From positions 129,902 to 193,901 of the forward strand of contig CBDCTW010000023.1 in assembly GCA_965222425.1 (NCBI GenBank): 64,000 nt of DNA, given 5' to 3'. Source of the DNA: Candidatus Marinacidobacterales bacterium. GTDB lineage: Bacteria; Acidobacteriota; Vicinamibacteria; Marinacidobacterales; DATDRI01. How positions within the stretch are numbered: position 1 is the stretch's first letter; the number at the start of each line of letters is the position of its first letter. The notes beneath the pieces are model-generated. The model saw only the letters and a list, made by a program, of their open reading frames with translations, was not told the origin of the DNA and made no database searches. Shown in pieces: positions 57,454-64,000 of this stretch. The position numbers and the translations under genes were made by a program.

Positions 57454-58071
57454 TCAGGTTCCGAAGAATCGGTCGCCGAAGTCTCCGAGCCCGGGGAGGA
57501 TGTACTTCCGTTCGTCGAGTTTCCGATCGATGGCCGCGGAGTAGATATCCACGTCGGGGCAGTGCTTCTGAAGGAGCGCTATCCCCTCGGGGGCTGCGAC
57601 CACGCACAGCAGACGGATCGCCCGTGCGCCCTGCTCTTGGAGCGCTTCAATTGCTGCTAGAGCCGAGCCGCCGGTGGCCAACATCGGATTCAGAAGAAAC
57701 ACATCTCGATCGGGAAGATTCGGAAGCTTCAGGTAATAGCGGCGCGCGACGGCCGTCTCTTCGTCACGCTCCAACCCCCACGTAGCCGACCGACGCTCCC
57801 GGAACAACTCGAGCAGGGCTTCCAGCATCCCCATCCCCGCCCGAAGCACCGGTCCCAGGACGATGTCCACAACCAATCGTCCCCCGCGCGTCGTTTCCAG
57901 GGGCGTCTCGATTTCCATTTCTCGCAACGGTAGGTCCCGCGACGCTTCGAAGACGAGCAGCCGGCTAAGTTTCCTGGTGAGTCGACGCAACTCTTCGTGG
58001 AGCGTGGAAGAATCGCGGAGGACCGTGAGCACATCTTCTATTAGGGGATGCTCGACCTTGACCACCGCCAT
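57454..58071 (-). CDS. upp: Uracil phosphoribosyltransferase
   Basis: MAVVKVEHPLI start and the PRPP-binding loop VFLLNPMLATGGS. Confidence 0.9.
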   Translation of the reverse strand: MAVVKVEHPLIEDVLTVLRDSSTLHEELRRLTRKLSRLLVFEASRDLPLREMEIETPLETTRGGRLVVDIVLGPVLRAGMGMLEALLELFRERRSATWGLERDEETAVARRYYLKLPNLPDRDVFLLNPMLATGGSALAAIEALQEQGARAIRLLCVVAAPEGIALLQKHCPDVDIYSAAIDRKLDERKYILPGLGDFGDRFFGT

Positions 58072-58241
58072 GTCACGTCCTCCGTTCGCGAGGCCGATGA
58101 CAGGATCGGGCCGCGATGCTGTCAAACCATGGCGCAACCAACCGACTGTGTTGACACTATTCGGCACACCGCGACATGATAGCGACCGTGTCCCACCAAG
58201 CCTCGTTGTTTGACAATTAAATCTCATTCCTGCAGCTCACC

Positions 58242-59561
58242 GTGAGAGCCGTCGACATCATTCGTCGTAAGCGACACCGAGCAGAGCTCGACCGGCAAGA
58301 GATCGCCTTTCTCATTTCCGGTTTCACGGAAGGTGCCATCCCCGATTACCAGATCGCCGCCTTCCTGATGGCGGTCACGTTGGTCGGGATGACCGAGCAA
58401 GAAACTCTCGCGCTGACTGAGGAAATGCTCCACAGTGGCTCGGTTCTCGATCTATCGGAGCTTCCCGGAGAGAAGATCGACAAACACAGCACCGGCGGCG
58501 TAGGCGACAAGACGTCGCTCATCATCGCCCCCCTGGCGGCGGCGGCGGGTGTCACCGTGCCTATGATCTCCGGTCACGGCCTCGCTCATTCCGGGGGCAC
58601 GCTCGACAAGCTCGAATCTATCCCCGGCTTCAACGTGGGTCTGAGCCTCACTCGCTTTCGGGAAGTGTTGCGCGAAGCCGGTTGTGCGCTCATCGGCCAA
58701 ACGAAGGAAATCGCCCCGGCAGACCGAAAGCTTTACGCGCTTCGGGACGTGACGGGAACGGTGGAGAGCGTGCCGCTAATCGTGGCGAGCATCTTGTCCA
58801 AGAAACTGGCGGTAGGCAGTACCGGACTCGTCTTGGATGTAAAAGTCGGTAGCGGAGCGTTTATGAAGGATATCAACTCCGCGACCGAGCTCGGGGGCTT
58901 GCTCGCATCGATCGCGCACCGCATGGGGAAACGATCGGTGGCAGTGGTGAGTGACATGGATCAACCGCTCGGAAAGCACGTGGGAAACTCTCTCGAGGTG
59001 AAAGAATCGATCGAGGTACTCCGGGGCGAGGGCCCGGACGATCTAAGGGATCTCTGCTTGCTTCTCACCGCCTACATGCTAGTCTTCGGCCGAGCCGCGA
59101 GCGATGTCGATGAAGGAAAAGCGAAGGCGGCAAGCCTGATTGCGTCCGGTGCGGGACTGGAAAAATTCGCTGAGATCGTGAGACTTCAAGACGGGGACGC
59201 GCACGTTGTCGACGACCCCGGCAAGTTACCGCAGGCCGCGCACTGCAAAGAAGTTCTTAGCCCGAAAGCGGGATACGCAGGACGAATCGATACTGAATCA
59301 CTTGGAGTCGCAGCCATGTTACTCGGAGCCGGGCGTGAGACGGTGGACGGCATTATCGATCCCGCGGTAGGACTGGTCGTCGATAGCAAAATCGGGGACC
59401 GCTTATCGGCAGGCGATCCCCTGGTAACGGTTCACTACAACGATGACCGGCGGTTGGAAGAAGTGGAAGGGCTACTCGCCGGCGCTTATCACATTCAGGA
59501 GGAGCCCCCGGTGCCTGTCCCCCTCGTACACAAAATCCTAGAGCCGACGGAGGAGACATAA
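58242..59561 (+). CDS. deoA: Thymidine/pyrimidine-nucleoside phosphorylase
   Basis: 439 aa with the DKHSTGGVGDKTSL motif. Confidence 0.85.
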   Translation: MRAVDIIRRKRHRAELDRQEIAFLISGFTEGAIPDYQIAAFLMAVTLVGMTEQETLALTEEMLHSGSVLDLSELPGEKIDKHSTGGVGDKTSLIIAPLAAAAGVTVPMISGHGLAHSGGTLDKLESIPGFNVGLSLTRFREVLREAGCALIGQTKEIAPADRKLYALRDVTGTVESVPLIVASILSKKLAVGSTGLVLDVKVGSGAFMKDINSATELGGLLASIAHRMGKRSVAVVSDMDQPLGKHVGNSLEVKESIEVLRGEGPDDLRDLCLLLTAYMLVFGRAASDVDEGKAKAASLIASGAGLEKFAEIVRLQDGDAHVVDDPGKLPQAAHCKEVLSPKAGYAGRIDTESLGVAAMLLGAGRETVDGIIDPAVGLVVDSKIGDRLSAGDPLVTVHYNDDRRLEEVEGLLAGAYHIQEEPPVPVPLVHKILEPTEET

Positions 59562-59563
59562 TC

Positions 59564-60766
59564 ATGGACCGTTTCATTGGAGTCGTGGGGCTGGTCATGA
59601 TCCTCGGCATCGCCTACACCTTTTCCACCGACCGAAAAAAGGTGAGCCGCCGGCTGATCCTCTGGGGCCTCATACTTCAATTCGCCTTCGCCCTGCTGGT
59701 CATGAAGTGGTCGGTAGGCCAGAGGGTCCTCGCTGGGATCAGTAACGTCGTTAAGCTGGGCCTGGAGAAGGCCGACGCCGGGGCGGCGTTCCTCTTTGGA
59801 CCCCTCGCCAACTCGGAGAATCTGGGGTTCATTTTCGCGTTCAAAGCCCTACCCACCATTATTTACATATCTTCGTTTTTCAGCGTCCTTTATTATCTGG
59901 GCATCCTTCAGAAGATGGTTCTGTTCATGGCCAAGATCATGGTACGCACGATGGGTACCAGCGGAGCCGAAGCGCTCTCGACGGCAGCCAATGTGTTCAT
60001 GGGGCAGACCGAAGCGCCGCTGGTGGTCAGGCCCTACATCGCCAGCATGACCTACTCCGAGCTCTGCACTCTGATGGTAGGAGGCATGGCCACCATCTCC
60101 GGAGGCATGATGGCAGCCTACATATCGATGGGGATCGAAGCCGAGTTCCTACTGGCCGCGAGCGTGATGAATGCTCCGGCGGCCATCGTCATGGCGAAGA
60201 TTCTGGTTCCGGAGACCGGCACACCTGTCACCAAGAGTGAAGTGACGCTCAAAGTGGAACGGACGGAGGTCAATATTATTGATGCCGCGGCCCGTGGTGC
60301 CGGAGCCGGGCTCACGCTGGCGTTGAACGTGGGAGCGATGCTGATCGCGTTCCTCTCGCTCGTCGCGCTCGTCAACTGGCCACTCCAGTACTTCGATCTC
60401 TCTCTGGAGCGGATCTTCGCCTGGATCTTCGCGCCTCTGGCCTATGTCATGGGCGTGCCGTGGGCGGATGCCAGCCAGGTTGGCAGCTTATTTGGAAAGA
60501 AGCTCATTGTGAACGAGTTCGTCGCGTACGCCGATCTGGTCAAGCTCAAGGCCGCTAGCGTCTTGTCGCCGCGCTCCGAGCTCATCGCAACTTATGCGCT
60601 TTGCGGTTTTGCCAATCTCGGATCGATCGGCATCCAGCTCGGCGGGATCGGCGAAATCGCCCCCACGCGAAAGTCGGATCTAGCCAAGCTCGGTCTTCGT
60701 GTGGTGTTAGGTGGATCCCTGGCGACCTTTATGACTGCAACCATCGCCGGTCTCTTGAATCCGTAG
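59564..60766 (+). CDS. nupC: NupC-family concentrative nucleoside transporter
   Basis: 400-aa CNT-fold membrane protein. Confidence 0.85.
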   Translation: MDRFIGVVGLVMILGIAYTFSTDRKKVSRRLILWGLILQFAFALLVMKWSVGQRVLAGISNVVKLGLEKADAGAAFLFGPLANSENLGFIFAFKALPTIIYISSFFSVLYYLGILQKMVLFMAKIMVRTMGTSGAEALSTAANVFMGQTEAPLVVRPYIASMTYSELCTLMVGGMATISGGMMAAYISMGIEAEFLLAASVMNAPAAIVMAKILVPETGTPVTKSEVTLKVERTEVNIIDAAARGAGAGLTLALNVGAMLIAFLSLVALVNWPLQYFDLSLERIFAWIFAPLAYVMGVPWADASQVGSLFGKKLIVNEFVAYADLVKLKAASVLSPRSELIATYALCGFANLGSIGIQLGGIGEIAPTRKSDLAKLGLRVVLGGSLATFMTATIAGLLNP

Positions 60767-60774
60767 TCAACGTC

Positions 60775-61608
60775 ATGGGAAAGCTCGCGGAACAAGTAAG
60801 GGATGCCGCTTCGTTTCTCGCCAGCAAGTCTCGGCTCCGACCCACGGTCGCCTTGGTCTTGGGCTCGGGGCTCGGGGCCTTCGCCAAGGAGCTCGAAAAG
60901 GCGGACACCATTCCTTATCAGGACATCCCCCACTTTCCCTACTCGACGGTCGAGGGGCACGCCGGTCACCTATTAGTCGGACGCTACGCCGACGTGCCGC
61001 TGGCGGTCATGGTCGGCCGGGTCCACCCGTACGAGGGGTACACCGCACAAGAGGTCGTCTTTCCCGCGCGGGTGCTCAGCTCTTTCGGCGTCAAGACCCT
61101 CGTCGTCACAAACGCCGCCGGGGCCATCAATACCGCCTTCAAACCGGGCGACCTGATGATCATCTCCGATCAATTGAACCTCACCGGGCTCAATCCCATG
61201 CGCGGGCCGGATGAGAAGGAACTGGGTCCGCGCTTCATCGACCTGACCGAGGCCTATCACGCCAAGCTGAGGTCGATCTGCGAAGCGGCGGGACGGACGA
61301 TCGGTCTGAACTTGCGGCAAGGTGTCTACGCCGGGTTGCTCGGTCCGAGCTACGAAACACCGGCCGAGATCCGGATGCTCAGGACGATGGGAGCCGACGC
61401 GGTCGGCATGTCCACGGTGCTCGAAGTGATCGCCACCAACCAAATGGGAACGAAAGTGCTAGGGATATCCTGCCTGACCAATATGGCGGCCGGAATCCTG
61501 CCTCAGAAACTGGTGCACAGCGAGGTCATGGAGACCGGCGAACGGGTCCGAGGGGTCTTCACCGAGCTTCTCCAGGAACTGATTCCTCGACTCGCTAAAC
61601 TCGACTGA
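60775..61608 (+). CDS. punA: Purine nucleoside phosphorylase (PNP-I/PunA type)
   Basis: Start at MGKLAEQV; LVLGSGLG and the YETPAEIRMLRTMGADAVGMSTVLE signature. Confidence 0.85.
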   Translation: MGKLAEQVRDAASFLASKSRLRPTVALVLGSGLGAFAKELEKADTIPYQDIPHFPYSTVEGHAGHLLVGRYADVPLAVMVGRVHPYEGYTAQEVVFPARVLSSFGVKTLVVTNAAGAINTAFKPGDLMIISDQLNLTGLNPMRGPDEKELGPRFIDLTEAYHAKLRSICEAAGRTIGLNLRQGVYAGLLGPSYETPAEIRMLRTMGADAVGMSTVLEVIATNQMGTKVLGISCLTNMAAGILPQKLVHSEVMETGERVRGVFTELLQELIPRLAKLD

Positions 61609-61633
61609 ACCCGATCCAGGAAGGAAAACGATC

Positions 61634-62036
61634 ATGGCCAGTGATCCCGCCCGTTCTTTAGTAAGCTCCGCACGTAAAGCACGCTTGCGAGCGAAGGCTG
61701 AATACTCGGGTTTCAAAGTGAGAGCGGCGCTACAGACGAACGGACGGAAGATCTATTCTGGCTGCAACATCGAGAACGCCTCCTACGGCCTGACCGTCTG
61801 CGCCGAGCGGGTGGCGCTCCTCAAAGCCGTATCGGAAGGCGTTCAGAAGTTTCGCGCTCTCTTTGGCGGTCGGCACCGGTGCCGAGAAGCTGACACCACC
61901 CTGCGGCGCCTGTCGGCAGCTCCTATGGGAGTACTGCGGGGATATCGTCGTCCACCTGGCCAACCTCAAGGGGAAAACGAGGACCTTCCGACTAGCGGAG
62001 CTACTTCCCCACCCCTTCGACAAGCGTCATCTTTGA
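61634..62036 (+). CDS. cdd: Cytidine deaminase (frame broken at a T-run ~61863-61865)
   Basis: CNIENASYGLTVCAERVAL in frame 1; the PCGACRQ zinc motif and LPHPF C-terminus are in the +2 frame. Removing one T restores ...KFRALAVGTGAEKLTPPCGACRQ. Confidence 0.8.
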
Positions 62037-62141
62037 AAGCTAGAGCCGTGGGGCCCCCAGCTTCCGCCCAAGGCTTCGGCTTGGTCCCGCCGAAGTCAAT
62101 TGGTACGTGAACTGACGGAGGCGGACACCCCCACGGTCGGC

Positions 62142-62180
62142 ACACCACCCCAGCCCTCTCCCAAAGGGAGAGGGAGTAAA
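62142..62180. repeat. ~40-nt hairpin repeat element, copy B (CCCTCTCCC-AAA-GGGAGAGGG), between convergent cdd and hpt
   Basis: Near-identical to 4571-4609; likely bidirectional terminator/REP-like element. Confidence 0.6.
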
Positions 62181-62197
62181 GGACGAAGAGACCATCA

Positions 62198-62713
62198 TTA
62201 GGAATCGACGACAGCAATATACGGAAGGTTTCGGTATTTTTGATCGACGTCGAGACCATAGCCAACTACGAAGCGATCCGGGATCTCGAACCCCACATAG
62301 TCGACCGGAACCTCCACTTCTCGCCGTGAGGGCTTGGAAAGCAGGGCGGCGATCTTCAGCGAGTTGGGGCCCCGTCTCTGGAGACTGTTGTAAAGATAGC
62401 GGAGTGTCAGCCCGGTATCTGCGATGTCTTCCACGATAATGACGTCCCTCCCTTCCAGGCTGCTATCGAGATCCTTGGTGAGTCGCACTTCCCCGCTGGT
62501 GCTCGTGCCCTCGTTGTAGCTGGAGACGGCTAGAAAATCGAGGGTCACCGAAACGTCCATCGCGCGAGAGAGATCCGCCATGAAGGTATAGGCACCCTTC
62601 AGCACACACACGAGGTGCACCGTCTTCCCCTCGTAGTCGCTGCTGATCTGTTTTCCGAGCTCTTTGACGCGCGCGGCGATCTTCTCTTCGGGAATAAGAA
62701 CCTCGAGCCCCAT
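62198..62713 (-). CDS. hpt: Hypoxanthine phosphoribosyltransferase
   Basis: 171 aa with the PRPP motif VIIVEDIADTGLTL. Confidence 0.9.
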   Translation of the reverse strand: MGLEVLIPEEKIAARVKELGKQISSDYEGKTVHLVCVLKGAYTFMADLSRAMDVSVTLDFLAVSSYNEGTSTSGEVRLTKDLDSSLEGRDVIIVEDIADTGLTLRYLYNSLQRRGPNSLKIAALLSKPSRREVEVPVDYVGFEIPDRFVVGYGLDVDQKYRNLPYIAVVDS

Positions 62714-62721
62714 GAAACCCT

Positions 62722-63675
62722 CTACCCTCGCTTCCTAACGGATAGATCGAACTCGACAGTAATGATACCTACCGCGTCCACCGGGCGACCCTTCTTTAGC
62801 GCGGGTTTGAAACGCCAGCGCTCGGCCGCTTCTATCGCCGCATCCACGCAACCGTAGGGCAAAGATTTCAAAACGCGTAAAACTTCCGTCGAGCCGTCCT
62901 GGTGTACGAGGATCTCCAGGATAACCTCGCCACGGATCAGCTTCTCCGAAGCCAGAGGAGGATACCCTGGTTTAGGTTCATAAACGGGGACGGGATCGAT
63001 GTCCCACCCTCCGCGGCTGTACTTTCCGCCGCCGCCACCTCCACCGTCTCCCAGGCCGACTCCCCAATCGGTTCCTTCACCTTGCCCGGTACCTGTTCCA
63101 CCGCCGATACCGCCACCTTCCCCCGCGCTCGGCTCGGTATCCAGGCCGCCGTAATCCGTCCAGTCCTCGAGGGAAAGTCCTGGGAAGTCCTGGGCATCCG
63201 GCGAGAAGACTTGATCGAAAAATGCCTCTGTCTCGTTGGGTAGATCGGGCACGGTCAAGCGGTCGAAACGAACCGACGGAATGTGACGCGGGGCAATCGG
63301 AGCGCGCCGCGGTTCCGGTGCTTTCTCGGGCTCCGGCTTTGGTTGATTCCGGATGAAGGCGGTTGGTTTACGGCCCCCCGACCCGCCACCACCGCCTCCC
63401 CCACCTTCTCCTTCCCCGGGATCATAAAACCGCACTCGGACCACGGTGGCGACGGGGTCGTCGTTTATCAGCTCGAGGAGGAAGGGAACCGCAAAGCCCA
63501 GAACGAAAAGGGCATGGATGACAAAGGAGAACAACAGCGAGCGTTGGTTACGCCGCCACTCCCAACCGGGAGCGCGGTGCAGAAAGTACTCGGCACGTAG
63601 GGGAGAAGAGAGCTCGTCAGCCATAACTAACTCAATGTTAGCACGCTCGGGCAGGCCGCCCGAGACGGTTGCCAT
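62722..63675 (-). CDS. TonB-family protein (Gly-rich linker, C-terminal TonB domain)
   Basis: One TM helix, Gly/Pro-rich linker, and the C-terminal TonB fold (RGEVILEILVHQDGSTEVLRVLKSLPYGCVDAAIEAAERWRFKP). Confidence 0.6.
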   Translation of the reverse strand: MATVSGGLPERANIELVMADELSSPLRAEYFLHRAPGWEWRRNQRSLLFSFVIHALFVLGFAVPFLLELINDDPVATVVRVRFYDPGEGEGGGGGGGGSGGRKPTAFIRNQPKPEPEKAPEPRRAPIAPRHIPSVRFDRLTVPDLPNETEAFFDQVFSPDAQDFPGLSLEDWTDYGGLDTEPSAGEGGGIGGGTGTGQGEGTDWGVGLGDGGGGGGGKYSRGGWDIDPVPVYEPKPGYPPLASEKLIRGEVILEILVHQDGSTEVLRVLKSLPYGCVDAAIEAAERWRFKPALKKGRPVDAVGIITVEFDLSVRKRG

Positions 63676-63683
63676 GACTGGGC

Positions 63684-64000
63684 CTAGTCAGGGGCGCCTA
63701 AACCACGCGGGCGCCATGACCAGACATAGGCAGGGTGCCCCTCCAATACAGTTAGACGCGTCCCGTTGGTCGCGGATCCGAGGTCCTGGACCGCGCCCGA
63801 AGGCCAACGAATTTGGACGTTATCCACGGCCGCCGCGTCACCGAGGCCGAAGATTAATTCCAAACCGCCCTGTGAGAGGAAGCTGAATCCCGCCTTGACC
63901 TCCTTGATGAGCGTCCGCTCGCCGAACCGAACCGACACCCGAGCACCCACCGCCGATCGGTTCGATTCTCGGCCCACCAATTGTAGGGCGAGCCACCCAT
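63684..64000 (-). CDS. C-terminal part of an ASPIC/UnbV (CRTAC1-family) protein; gene continues beyond the window
   Basis: GARVSVRFGERTLIKEVKAGFSFLSQGGLELIFGLGDAAAVDNVQIRWPSG matches the UnbV_ASPIC C-terminal domain. Confidence 0.5.
   Translation of the reverse strand, partial: GWLALQLVGRESNRSAVGARVSVRFGERTLIKEVKAGFSFLSQGGLELIFGLGDAAAVDNVQIRWPSGAVQDLGSATNGTRLTVLEGHPAYVWSWRPRGLGAPD

Noticed and set aside
62255-62285. tRNA-like T-arm on the minus strand (CGGGG-TTCGAGA-TCCCG) inside hpt
   Set aside because: No matching acceptor stem or anticodon arm in the flanking 80 nt. The segment is ordinary hpt coding sequence (VDYVGFEIPDRF), so it is a chance resemblance.

Overview
This 64 kb window is high-GC (about 62 %) chromosomal DNA from a Gram-negative diderm; the gene order (leuS-lptE-holA, bamA-skp-fabZ-lpxA-lpxI) is compatible with Acidobacteria-like genomes, but that is only an inference. 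Most of it is densely packed housekeeping operons, mainly on the minus strand: a PpnN-like LOG nucleosidase plus AzgA-type purine permease, rpsT, leuS-lptE-holA, mutY, a seven-gene lysine/DAP operon (dapE-asd-lysC-dapB-dapA-dapD-dapC), a histone-deacetylase-family gene, fabD-fabG-acpP-fabF, yceD-rpmF, deoB, miaA-hfq, SpoIID/LytB, TonB-family genes, a lipid A/OM cluster (bamA-skp-fabZ-lpxA-lpxI-oxidoreductase), clpC, lolCDE-like genes, lysS, nusB-ribH, hbd-crotonase, and a nucleoside-salvage cluster (upp / deoA-nupC-punA-cdd / hpt). Two accessory patches stand out. At 0.2-4.6 kb there is an apparently intact IS481-family transposase, a degenerate IS3-family element with 28-bp terminal IRs, and a group II intron remnant whose reverse-transcriptase/maturase gene carries a nonsense codon and a frameshift and is cut off by the IS3 end. 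At 35.66-37.50 kb there is an ISKra4-like IS, with terminal IRs and an orfA/orfB overlap at an A8 run, inserted about 60 bp upstream of a DUF4388 gene. I found no rRNA, tRNA or CRISPR array. Several conserved genes (lysC, cdd, a TPR gene, the IS3 orfB, the intron ORF) are broken by single-base indels located in homopolymer or simple repeats, which looks like assembly indel error, although real pseudogenisation cannot be excluded. In contrast, two in-frame stop codons (TGA in the IS3 orfA, TAA in the intron ORF) are substitutions, so those two elements are genuinely decaying. Unexplained sequence features worth follow-up are a 57-nt conserved element present twice (at the rpsT 3' end and inside the miaA 3' end upstream of hfq), a 45-nt terminator-like hairpin repeat present twice, a 61-bp tandem repeat upstream of the dap operon, and a shared 13-mer promoter-like motif upstream of the leuS and dapE operons. 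I did not find a clear candidate for a complete novel multi-gene system. The most unusual protein-level items are a VOC enzyme with a histone-H1-like N-terminal tail, a truncated AmmeMemoRadiSam-type radical SAM gene, and the PpnN-like nucleosidase coupled to a permease.
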